Assembly (NCBI RefSeq): GCF_000011325.1
Contig: NC_003450.3
Coordinates: 1,350,001 to 1,382,000 of the forward strand
Direction of reading: 5' to 3'
DNA: 32,000 nucleotides
Source of the DNA: Corynebacterium glutamicum ATCC 13032
GTDB taxonomy: Bacteria; Actinomycetota; Actinomycetes; Mycobacteriales; Mycobacteriaceae
This document shows, piece after piece, positions 18,322 to 28,462 of the stretch. Every line of letters starts with the position of its first letter. Positions within the stretch are counted from its first letter, which is position 1. The position numbers were made by a program, and so were the translations under genes. The notes beneath the pieces are model-generated. The model was not told the DNA's origin. It worked only from the letters and a program-made list of their open reading frames with translations, and did no database searches.

Positions 18322-18399
18322 TTAGTATCAGGTTCGAGACAGAGATAGCCCATCACTTTCGGGAGGATTTCAATTATATGGTGGCCAATTACAGCTAGC

Positions 18400-19550
18400 A
18401 TGAAGCACATGAATAACTCCGTAGATCAACAAATCGCCCTCTTTGGTCAATCTGGTAGTGGCAAAACCGCCCTACTTTGCTCTTTTTATGGCGCTGCACG
18501 AGATTCAACTCAAAGTGAAGGTCAGCTATTTGAACTCAGTGCAAAAGATGATCGGCATACCAAACTAATGAAGATGTATCTGGGAATGAAAGAAGATTCC
18601 CTAGCGCCACCCCAAAATAGATTCGAGTCTCATAAGACTGTCTTTTCCCTAAAACAGAAAAACATCCCAATTAAGGATGCTGCTAAATCTGATCAGGTGA
18701 ATCTCACTTGGCATGATTATCCAGGTGAATGGTTTGAGGGTGGAGCTGTAACGGACTCGGAAAAGCAGGATAAAGTTGAAACGTTTAGAAACCTGCTGGG
18801 CTCAGATGTAGCGCTATTTTTAGTTGACGGTCAAAAGCTGCATGATTACGCCAATGAAGAGGAGCGCTATCTTAGCTATTTATTTGATGGATTCATTGAA
18901 AACCTAAATCAGATCAAAGATGCAATCCTGGAGGGTGGGAAACAGCTCCAACAGTTCCCACGAATTTGGGTAATTGCTTTATCCAAAGCTGATCTATGGC
19001 CAGATCTCCAAGTAAAAGATTTTGAGAATCTACTTAATAAGAAAGCTGGCAATGAAATTATTGCGCTGCGTTCAAAGCTTTTGGAGTTTATCGATAACGA
19101 CGAAGCTTTCTCCTTCGGTAAAGATTTCCTTTTGCTCTCTTCGGCGAAGTTCACTCCAGGCCATATTGATATAAGCCAGCGCAAGGGTGTTGATGTCCTC
19201 CTCCCGTTGGCTTGTGTATTGCCCATGCAACGCCATTTGTGGTGGCAGGAGCTGAAAGTTTTGCCAATTAACCTGGCTGATATACTTTTGGGAAATGAAA
19301 TTGCCCAAATGGGTTTCAAGATCGTTTCCAAAGTTTTGAAAAACAAAGTATCTGGAACAAATAACAAGGCGATGGCGGCATTGGTTTTCGCTGAACTTGT
19401 GAGGGATATGGTTGATCAGCCAACTGAATTGCTTCAGAAGGCTCGTGAGGAAGCCGTCGGAAGGCGTGAATTCCTTAAAGCGATTACTGCAGAATTCACC
19501 AGGAAGCTGAATCAAGCCGAAGCTGATCAGGTTTTAGTTCGGGACTTTGC

Positions 19551-19554
<4 letters not shown>
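18400..19554 (+). CDS. Uncharacterised TRAFAC-type P-loop GTPase with a roughly 130-aa C-terminal helical/hydrophobic extension
   Basis: 384 aa. G1 GQSGSGKT (res 16-23), G3 DYPGE (106-110), G4 SKAD (195-198), G5 SAK (248-250). Hydrophobic stretches follow (VDVLLPLACVLPM, AMAALVFAELV). AT-rich relative to flanks in hand counts (35-47% G+C). Confidence 0.75.
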
Positions 19555-21801
<2,247 letters not shown>

Positions 21802-21807
21802 AAGAGA

Positions 21808-21825
21808 GGGCGCTTTTCGACGCGG
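21808..21825 (+). repeat. Left-half copy of the GCGCTTTTCGACG element
   Basis: GGGCGCTTTTCGACGCGG, followed by GGTGATGGTGGGG, which resembles the interior of the copy at 25832-25886. No right-hand inverted arm. Confidence 0.5.
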
Positions 21826-21854
21826 TGATGGTGGGGTACGCCTACGTAGTGGTT

Positions 21855-22326
21855 CTAACTCGGCCGTTGCTTGCGAATCTCAGACACCCGTGAGTGGTCT
21901 TGAATCCAATTAGTGGCATCTTTCTCAATCCAAGAGGCGACATTAAAAACTGCTGAATCAAACATATTGAGGTTCCTATCGTCGACGTCTAAATGTGACT
22001 TGCTGAGCGGTGATAATTTTCCCAGGAGAATCGTTTGTTTTAGTTCTTCTTTTGGCGGTTGTTAGAGCTTTTTTGAACTGTTGAGCAAATCTAAAATAGC
22101 TATCATCTTCAAACCAGAAGGGGCCACGAGCAGATCGTAATTGGGCGTCAACCCTGTTTCTTAAAAGCACTTCTACATGTTGTATATCTTCTAAATATGC
22201 TTTAGATAACTGGGTATTCCAGATGTAAAAACCTTCGGGATTTTCAGAATTTCGGTATGTATTCATTCTAGGGATGGAGAACCACTGTTCGAGCTCTGCG
22301 ATAGATGTAGGGGAGTTGCCAGTCAC
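21855..22326 (-). pseudogene. Abi_2 (AbiD/AbiF-like abortive-infection) protein remnant with an internal deletion or frameshift
   Basis: The 116-aa ORF (21976-22326) has an Abi_2-like N-terminus (RMNTYRN...FYIWNTQLSKAYLEDIQHVEVLLRNRVDAQL). A different frame at 21855-21965 encodes a C-terminal-looking piece (MFDSAVFNVASWIEKDATNWIQDHSRV). Typical family members are about 300 aa. AT-rich. Confidence 0.55.
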
Positions 22327-22357
22327 GTCGCCAAGGTCTTACACTTAGGATTCCTAA

Positions 22358-22409
22358 GCCCCGGAGTGATCCCTACCATTTTGGTACGTCACCGGGGCTC
22401 TTGTTTTTT
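22358..22409 (+). terminator. Orphan plus-strand terminator-like hairpin with no upstream plus-strand gene
   Basis: GCCCCGG...CCGGGGC stem followed by TCTTGTTTTTTC. The plus strand upstream is antisense to the Abi remnant. Confidence 0.35.
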
Positions 22410-22672
22410 CTTCAAGCGCTCGTCTCTGATGTCCTGAAAGAGTGGCTAGGGTATCGGTGAATCCATCGACACAAAAGGATTGGGACATTATAAATTCGGC
22501 TTGCATCTAGACCAAGCTGTCTGCTAATGTCGATTTTACGATCAAGAAGATCAGCCGCAAGCCCTTCGGCAGGCTGACTGGCAACCGCGCATCGCGCACG
22601 GTGCCCCCGAAGGAAGATCGGCTCTGTACTCAAAAGAATGCAGAGAAGAGCGATTTTTTGAAGGAGATTCCC

Positions 22673-23134
22673 ATGGGGAATATTTCTGCTAAGCCTCCAT
22701 TGCCCAATAGCTGCGGACATCATTTACCAGGACACGAACCCTACTACCTACAAGTAAAGGTTTTGCGCGAAAGGGCGACATGGGAGCCAGTTACTAACCT
22801 GCGTATGGATGGCCAGTTCGTCGAGTTTGATGCTGGTGGGGAACATATTCGTGGTTGGAATCATGATCCGGCTCGGATGGAATGGTTTGTAAAAAATGGT
22901 GGTCTGGCTGAATGGAGTGGATCTAGTCCAACCAGTCGCCTCATGCGTTTTGAGTCCAAAAATGGGCATTACATGGTCAGTATTGGTCCGAAGTACGACC
23001 GCAATGGTTGTTATGGCAATATTTCCCTGGGGATAGTGCCAACAAGCCCGGGCCTGGATTTTCACGAAGGATTTAAACAGGCTTTAGAGGCTTTCAAGTA
23101 TGTTGAGCGGGAATATGGCACTGAACAGGATTAG
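22673..23134 (+). CDS. Hypothetical 153-aa protein, no family recognised
   Basis: The internal ATG at 22673 is preceded by the strong SD GAAGGAG (7-nt spacing). The tracked start at 22601 lacks an RBS. AT-rich context. Confidence 0.6.
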   Translation: MGNISAKPPLPNSCGHHLPGHEPYYLQVKVLRERATWEPVTNLRMDGQFVEFDAGGEHIRGWNHDPARMEWFVKNGGLAEWSGSSPTSRLMRFESKNGHYMVSIGPKYDRNGCYGNISLGIVPTSPGLDFHEGFKQALEAFKYVEREYGTEQD

Positions 23135-23200
23135 GTAGAAATAACCGCGCGGTTTGATCAGGCGCCTCCCGCGCGGGAAACTATTTTTCAGGGGCACGAA

Positions 23201-23271
23201 GCGCGCTTTTCGACGAAGCCCCTTGCCATTGTGGGAAATAAGAATGCCCACCAACACTCGTCGAAAAGCCC
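23201..23271. repeat. Inverted-repeat-bounded element GCGCTTTTCGACGAA...CGTCGAAAAGC, copy downstream of malP
   Basis: Arms at 23201-23218 and 23257-23271. The interior shares CTTGCC and GTGGG blocks with the copy at 25832-25886. Confidence 0.6.
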
Positions 23272-23296
23272 TCTTTTAAACCCCTTAACCCCAAAA

Positions 23297-23328
23297 AACG
23301 GCTAACCCAAAAGGGTTAGCCGTTTGTT
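23297..23328 (-). terminator. Terminator after malP (hairpin usable from both strands)
   Basis: AACGGCTAACCC-AAAA-GGGTTAGCCGTT. The minus strand is followed by TTTTTTGG, the plus strand by TGTT. Confidence 0.7.
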
Positions 23329-23346
23329 AGAAGCGGAGGTTAAAAC

Positions 23347-25734
23347 CTACTTCTTAACAGCAGGAGTTGGCTCGAGCTTCCAGATCTCGGTGGCATAATC
23401 GCGGATGGTGCGGTCGGAGGAGAAACGGCCGGACTCGCAAATGTTGATCCAGGCCATGCGTGCCCAACCCAGGGGATCGGAGGCGTAGTCGGCGGCCATA
23501 CGGTCGCGGGTCTCGCGGTAATCTGCGAAATCGCCAAGCACGTAGTAGGTGTCGCTGGCGTCTTTTCCATAACCGTGGATCAAGGAATGCTTGAGGTCGT
23601 AGAACAAACCACTGTTGTTGTCGTTGAGGGTGCCGTTATCCAGGGCGTCCAATGCGCGCTTGAGGCCAGGGACGGTCTCATAGAGCTCATATGGCTCGTA
23701 GCTTTCGCGCAGGGCTGGCAATTCTTCCACGCGAGCACCGAAGATATAGGCGTTTTCCTCGCCCACAGAATCCACGATCTCTACGTTGGCGCCGTCCATG
23801 GTGCCCAGGGTGAGGGCGCCGTTCATCATGAACTTCATGTTGGAGGTACCGCTGGCTTCCTTGCCGGCGGTGGAAATCTGTTCGGAGACATCAGACGCAG
23901 GCAAGATGTGCTCAGCAGGGGAGACGTTGTAGTTCTCTACAAAGACCACCTTGAGCAGCGGGGAGACCTCAGGATCGTTGTTTACCAAGTCAGCAATAGA
24001 GTTGATGAGCTTGATAATCGCCTTGGCGCGGACATAACCCGGCGCGGCCTTGGCGCCAAAGATGACAGTGCGTGCTGGGATGTCGGTGAGGCCATCTTCC
24101 TTAATACGGAAGTAAAGGTCTAGTACGTAGAGCGCGTTCATGAGCTGGCGCTTGTACTCGTGGAGGCGCTTAATCTGCACGTCAAAGATGGATTCTGGAT
24201 CAATCTCAATGCCCTGGCGCTCGAGGATCCACTCGGCGAAGTCTTGCTTATTAGCAGCCTTGATAGCGCGGAGTTCTTCAAGCACGGACTTATCGTCGGC
24301 ATAGGAGCGCAGCTTCTTCAGCTCATCCAGATCGGTTACCCAATCATCGGAACCGGAAAGTCGAGTGAGCAGGTCAGACAGACCTGGGTTGATCATGCGC
24401 AGCCAACGGCGTGGGGTAACACCGTTAGTCTTGTTGTTGAACTTCTCTGGCCACAGTGCGTACCAGTCAGCCAAGGTCTCGGCCTTGATGATCTCGGTGT
24501 GCAGCGCTGCCACGCCATTGATGGAATATGCCGCGTAACAGGCAATCCATGCCATATGAACAGTGCCGTGCTGGATTGGAGCCATGCGGTCGATGGTCTC
24601 TTCATCCAGTCCATCGGCTGCGCGCTCCAAACGGAAGCGGCGATCGATCTCTGTGATGATTTCCCACACGCGCCAGAACAGCTGTTGGAAGATCTGCTGA
24701 TCCCACTGCTCAAGAGCTTCGGTGAGCACGGTGTGGTTGGTGTATGCGAAGGTCTTGGACACGATTGCCCAGGATTCTTCCCAGCCCATGTCATGCTCGT
24801 CCATGAGCAGACGCATAAGCTCAGGGATAGCCAACACTGGGTGAGTGTCATTGAGCTGCACGGAGTGGAACTCGGCAAAGTTGCTGAGGTCCTTGTGGTG
24901 CGCCAGGTGGCCCTGAATCATGGCCTGCAGGGAAGCAGAGGTGAAGAAGTACTGCTGGCGAACGCGCAGCTTCTTGCCCTCGTAGGTGGTGTCATTAGGG
25001 TAGAGCACGCGGCAGATATCGGAAACGCGCTCGCGCTCGATGATGGCGTCGGTAAAGCGCTGGGAGTTGAAGGCATCGTAATCGAATTCTTCCCACGGCT
25101 CCGCCTTCCACAGGCGCAGAGTTCCCACGTTGTGAGTGCCATAGCCGGTGATCGGCATGTCATAAGGAATAGCGCGGGTTTTCATATCGTCAAAGCACAC
25201 AACCAACTGGTTGGATGCACGACGAATGGTAAAAGGATATTCCTCTTCGCGCCATGGGTCTGGCTTTTCTACCTGGAAGCCCTCGTTAAAGGACTGACGG
25301 AAAAGACCGAAGCGGTAGAGCAGACCATAACCAGTAACGGGGTAGTCCTGGGTAACAGCAGAATCCAGGAAGCAAGCGGCGAGGCGGCCCAAGCCACCAT
25401 TGCCCAGTGCTGCGTCATTTTCGATTTCCAGGATGTCGGTGATCTCATGGCCCAGCTCACGGGTAGCAGCTGCAGCCTCATCAACCAGACCTAAGTTGGT
25501 CAGGTTGTTCAGCAGTGCACGGCCCATGAGGAATTCAGCGGAGAAATAATGTTGCTGGCGAGCAGCACCATAAGCTTCGCGGGTGCGCTCCCAATCATCG
25601 GCAATGCGCTCCTGGACTGCACGGGAAAGACCAGTCCAGAACTTGCGATCAGTAGCGAGGTCGGCGGGGGTGCCAGCAGCGGCACGAACATGGCTGCCGA
25701 CGAGGTCGGCGGGGAGTGGCTGATTTTCAGTCAT
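23347..25734 (-). CDS. malP: Alpha-glucan (maltodextrin/glycogen) phosphorylase
   Basis: PLP-site signature EASGTSNMKFMMNGALTLGTMDGANVE. The tracked TTG start is at 25776. I prefer the ATG at 25734 (MTENQPLP, 795 aa) but no clear RBS supports either. Symbol from recollection of cg1479 (also annotated glgP1). Confidence 0.9.
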   Translation of the reverse strand: MTENQPLPADLVGSHVRAAAGTPADLATDRKFWTGLSRAVQERIADDWERTREAYGAARQQHYFSAEFLMGRALLNNLTNLGLVDEAAAATRELGHEITDILEIENDAALGNGGLGRLAACFLDSAVTQDYPVTGYGLLYRFGLFRQSFNEGFQVEKPDPWREEEYPFTIRRASNQLVVCFDDMKTRAIPYDMPITGYGTHNVGTLRLWKAEPWEEFDYDAFNSQRFTDAIIERERVSDICRVLYPNDTTYEGKKLRVRQQYFFTSASLQAMIQGHLAHHKDLSNFAEFHSVQLNDTHPVLAIPELMRLLMDEHDMGWEESWAIVSKTFAYTNHTVLTEALEQWDQQIFQQLFWRVWEIITEIDRRFRLERAADGLDEETIDRMAPIQHGTVHMAWIACYAAYSINGVAALHTEIIKAETLADWYALWPEKFNNKTNGVTPRRWLRMINPGLSDLLTRLSGSDDWVTDLDELKKLRSYADDKSVLEELRAIKAANKQDFAEWILERQGIEIDPESIFDVQIKRLHEYKRQLMNALYVLDLYFRIKEDGLTDIPARTVIFGAKAAPGYVRAKAIIKLINSIADLVNNDPEVSPLLKVVFVENYNVSPAEHILPASDVSEQISTAGKEASGTSNMKFMMNGALTLGTMDGANVEIVDSVGEENAYIFGARVEELPALRESYEPYELYETVPGLKRALDALDNGTLNDNNSGLFYDLKHSLIHGYGKDASDTYYVLGDFADYRETRDRMAADYASDPLGWARMAWINICESGRFSSDRTIRDYATEIWKLEPTPAVKK

Positions 25735-25831
25735 AGCAGATGAGTTTAAAGGAAAATGCCGGAAAATGAAGCCCAATCGGGCATAACCGGGACTATTAAA
25801 TTCAATAATTGCTTCCGATTGCTAAAAACAC

Positions 25832-25886
25832 TGCGCTTTTCGACGAAAAACTCTTGCCTGCGGCGGTGGGTTTGCGTCGAAAAGCA
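25832..25886. repeat. Inverted-repeat-bounded element GCGCTTTTCGACGAA...CGTCGAAAAGC, copy upstream of malP
   Basis: Arms at 25832-25849 and 25873-25886. Confidence 0.6.
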
Positions 25887-25916
25887 AAAAACGGCCAACC
25901 CCCGGAAGGATTGGCC
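25885..25916 (-). terminator. Terminator after the small Cys-rich gene
   Basis: Minus strand reads GGCCAATCC-TTCCGG-GGGTTGGCC followed by GTTTTTTGC. Confidence 0.6.
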
Positions 25917-25929
25917 ATATCCGGCATGC

Positions 25930-26088
25930 TTAGCCGAAAAGCTTGGAAAGGAAGCCCTTGGAAGGCTCTGCCTTGTGGCCCTGGCAACGCTGGGAGCTCG
26001 GAACATTTTTCATAACCTGATCAACGTGCTGGCCGCAGCCTGCCCAGGTGGTCTTTCCGCACTTCTTACAAGTAACTGCGCGACACAT
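25930..26088 (-). CDS. 52-aa Cys/His-rich small protein (below the ORF-track length cut-off)
   Basis: MCRAVTCKKCGKTTWAGCGQHVDQVMKNVPSSQRCQGHKAEPSKGFLSKLFG. SD AAGAGAGG lies about 8 nt upstream. Five Cys and two His. A terminator follows immediately. Confidence 0.65.
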   Translation of the reverse strand: MCRAVTCKKCGKTTWAGCGQHVDQVMKNVPSSQRCQGHKAEPSKGFLSKLFG

Positions 26089-26145
26089 AATGTGGCCTCT
26101 CTTAAAAGGGGTGATTGTTTAGTTGATACAGCGCCGGATCTAAAA

Positions 26146-27555
26146 CTAGACGGCAGTCTGCAAGTTTTTAGGATTGGCAGCTGATTTTTCCCACGCGGCG
26201 TAGCTGCCCTCGAGCTCGATAACGGTGAATCCGGCGCGTCGCAAAGCATTGGCTACCACGGTATTTCGCGCTCCTGATTGGCAGAAGGTTACCAAAGTGC
26301 CACCCGCAGGCAGCTCATTGAGGCGCCACATGGCCGAACCTCCAGAAAGCTGCTGCGCGCCGGGAATGCTGCCAGCGGCAAATTCGGACTTTGCACGGAT
26401 ATCAATCAGTGCGTCATAGTTGGTCTCAGCTAGCTCAGCGGGGGAGATGAGTTCTGGCACAAAGGTAGGCAATCCATCGATACTGTTGGTGAAATAACGC
26501 ACAGTGTCGATGCCAACCCGCAGCAAAGCGTCGCGGAAATCCGCAGCGGTATTGGCGTCCGGAGCCAAAACAATAAGGTCCTGAGCATCCTTTTGAGGAT
26601 CAATAACCCACGCCGCAAAATTGGACGCCTTGGCGCCGCGCGGAATATTCAATGCCCCAACAACGGTTCCGAGATGGACTTGGTTTTGCTCGCGGGTATC
26701 CACAAATACTGCTTCAGAACCAAGCTTTTCGACGACTTCCTCGGCTTCTAGCTTCACAAGCGGGGATAATGTACTAAGTACTGCAGGTCCCTGCTTGTTC
26801 TGCTTTTTCATGCGAGCAAAGTAAGCGTGGGCATCTGGCTGGCCGTCGAGAAGCTCTTCCACAAAGCCGGCTTCATCATCACTGCGCAGATATGGAGCCC
26901 ACCACGCATTAGCCTTTTCATATCCCACGGTGGTGCTAGGGATCGCGCCCAATGCCTTGCCACAAGGGCTGCCAGCACCATGACCTGGATAAACCTGAAT
27001 GTGGTCGGGGAGTGCAAGGAACTGCTCTTTTAGGCTATGGAAGAGTTGCTGTGCTCCGGCGAAGCGGGTGTCCACGCCGCCAGCTGCCTCATCAAGTAAA
27101 TCTGGACGTCCCACGTCACCTACGAAGACGAAGTCACCGCTGAGCATAAAACCGGGATCCTTTGAGACCGCACCATCAGTAATCAAAAATGACAGGTGCT
27201 CTGGAGTGTGTCCGGGAGTGTGCTTGGCTGTGATGGTGATATTTCCCAGCTTGATGGTGGAATTGTGCATCAAGGTGGTGCCTGTAAAGCCATATTGCCA
27301 ATCAGCTCCGCCTTCGCCAGAGAGGAAAATCTCGGCGCCGGTGGCAGCTGCAAGTTCGCGAGTACCGGAGAGATAATCGGCATGAATATGGGTTTCGGTT
27401 ACGGCGCTAATGACCATGTTGTTTTTTGCTGCAAGGTCCAGATAGGTCTGGATATCTCGGCGAGCATCAACAACAATCGCTTTGCCTTCGCGTTGGCAGC
27501 CAATGAAATAGCTGGCTTGGGCGAGGCCTTCTTCGTAGATGCGTTCAAAAAGCAT
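26146..27555 (-). CDS. Metallo-beta-lactamase-fold persulfide dioxygenase fused to rhodanese domains (CstB/Blh-like)
   Basis: 469 aa. MBL motif THIHADY and HTPGHTPEH. C-terminal rhodanese active-site loop CQSGARN. Confidence 0.8.
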   Translation of the reverse strand: MLFERIYEEGLAQASYFIGCQREGKAIVVDARRDIQTYLDLAAKNNMVISAVTETHIHADYLSGTRELAAATGAEIFLSGEGGADWQYGFTGTTLMHNSTIKLGNITITAKHTPGHTPEHLSFLITDGAVSKDPGFMLSGDFVFVGDVGRPDLLDEAAGGVDTRFAGAQQLFHSLKEQFLALPDHIQVYPGHGAGSPCGKALGAIPSTTVGYEKANAWWAPYLRSDDEAGFVEELLDGQPDAHAYFARMKKQNKQGPAVLSTLSPLVKLEAEEVVEKLGSEAVFVDTREQNQVHLGTVVGALNIPRGAKASNFAAWVIDPQKDAQDLIVLAPDANTAADFRDALLRVGIDTVRYFTNSIDGLPTFVPELISPAELAETNYDALIDIRAKSEFAAGSIPGAQQLSGGSAMWRLNELPAGGTLVTFCQSGARNTVVANALRRAGFTVIELEGSYAAWEKSAANPKNLQTAV

Positions 27556-27582
27556 GTGACACCTTAGATCAAAGTTGAGGGG

Positions 27583-27598
27583 ATACCCGTGGGGGTAT
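27583..27598. promoter_or_regulatory. CsoR/CstR-type operator ATACCCGTGGGGGTAT (proximal)
   Basis: ATACCC/GGGTAT arms with a 4-nt G-rich spacer. Lies 28 nt upstream of the ATG at 27555, over the predicted transcription start. Confidence 0.55.
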
Positions 27599-27604
27599 AT
27601 GTAG

Positions 27605-27634
27605 AGCCTAAAACATCGAGCTTTAATCTGTCAA
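27605..27634 (-). promoter_or_regulatory. Candidate promoter of the MBL-rhodanese gene
   Basis: Minus strand reads TTGACA (27634-27629) - 18 nt - TAGGCT (27610-27605), bracketed by the two operator boxes. Confidence 0.4.
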
Positions 27635-27635
27635 G

Positions 27636-27651
27636 ATACCCTGGGGGGTAT
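27636..27651. promoter_or_regulatory. CsoR/CstR-type operator ATACCCTGGGGGGTAT (distal)
   Basis: Abuts the -35 hexamer. Identical to the box at 28426-28441. Confidence 0.55.
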
Positions 27652-27662
27652 ATTTTGAAGTT

Positions 27663-28415
27663 TTAAAAAAGGTCCGGGAAATTCTGAAATCCCATATAGA
27701 TCGAAATGAAGATCAAGAAGCCAGCAAAACCTAGTTGCAGTGATGATGCTTTGACCTTTTTGGCTAGTTTTACGCCACTAAAAGCGCCCAATACGGTGGT
27801 GATGATAATTGGCGAGATCACTGACCAGTCAATACTTGCCAAATCGGAATATCTAAATCCCATGGCAATAGCGCTGTTAACGGCGATCACCACTAGGGAA
27901 GTGGCGCTAGCCTGCCGCATGGAAAAACCGAGCGCAAAAATCAAGGCTGGCACAATGGCAAAACCGCCACCCACACCAAAAAATCCCGTCAAAAATCCCA
28001 CGCCGGTGGCACTAAGAGCAATGGCAAGGATGCTTGGCCTTCTGGTTATGTATTCTCGGGTGCTTCTTAATTTAGAAATCATGGTCAACGCCACCACGAG
28101 CGTGAGGATGGCAAAGCCGCTCAGGAGTAGGGAATCGGGGATATTGCTAGCAAGGTGACTGCCCACAAATGAGCCGACCAACCCTAAAAGGCCAAAGCTT
28201 AGACCCTCTTTAAGGCGGACGTGCCCGGCAGCGTATTGGCTGATCAGTCCAATGAGGGCGCCAAGTCCGATGATGATTAATGAAGCTGCAGTAGCTTGCG
28301 TGGCGCTAAAAGAAAATCCATAAATAAGCAGCGGAATGGCAAGGATGGCACCGCCACCACCGAGCATGCCAAGAAGTAGGCCTATTATTAGGCCGCCAAG
28401 AAGGGCTAGAATCAC
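27663..28415 (-). CDS. TauE/SafE-family (DUF81) anion/sulfite exporter
   Basis: 250 aa, polytopic, Gly-rich TM segments (GGGGAILAIPLL, GVGGGFAIVPAL). GTG start. Confidence 0.8.
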   Translation of the reverse strand: MILALLGGLIIGLLLGMLGGGGAILAIPLLIYGFSFSATQATAASLIIIGLGALIGLISQYAAGHVRLKEGLSFGLLGLVGSFVGSHLASNIPDSLLLSGFAILTLVVALTMISKLRSTREYITRRPSILAIALSATGVGFLTGFFGVGGGFAIVPALIFALGFSMRQASATSLVVIAVNSAIAMGFRYSDLASIDWSVISPIIITTVLGAFSGVKLAKKVKASSLQLGFAGFLIFISIYMGFQNFPDLF

Positions 28416-28425
28416 CTGGCTAACA

Positions 28426-28441
28426 ATACCCTGGGGGGTAT
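28426..28441. promoter_or_regulatory. CsoR/CstR-type operator ATACCCTGGGGGGTAT upstream of tauE
   Basis: Exact copy of 27636-27651, 10 nt upstream of the GTG at 28415. Confidence 0.55.
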
Positions 28442-28462
28442 TATGAAACCAAGCTCACGTTC

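Noticed and set aside
17958-18398. 146-aa plus-strand ORF immediately before the GTPase gene
   Set aside because: It is antisense to the TetR/DoxX remnants, which give recognisable motifs on the other strand. It has no RBS.
22412-22723. 103-aa minus-strand ORF with a faint HTH-like stretch (IDISRQLGLDASRIYNV)
   Set aside because: It overlaps the better-supported 153-aa plus-strand gene start and its SD. The HTH resemblance (resolvase/transposase-like) is too weak to call. It may be a fragment of a lost mobile-element gene.
24160-25494. 444-aa ORF on the plus strand
   Set aside because: It is antisense to the alpha-glucan phosphorylase gene and has no recognisable domain.
25756-26184. 142-aa plus-strand ORF
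   Set aside because: It spans the malP upstream repeat element and a terminator, and it is antisense to the well-supported 52-aa Cys-rich gene.
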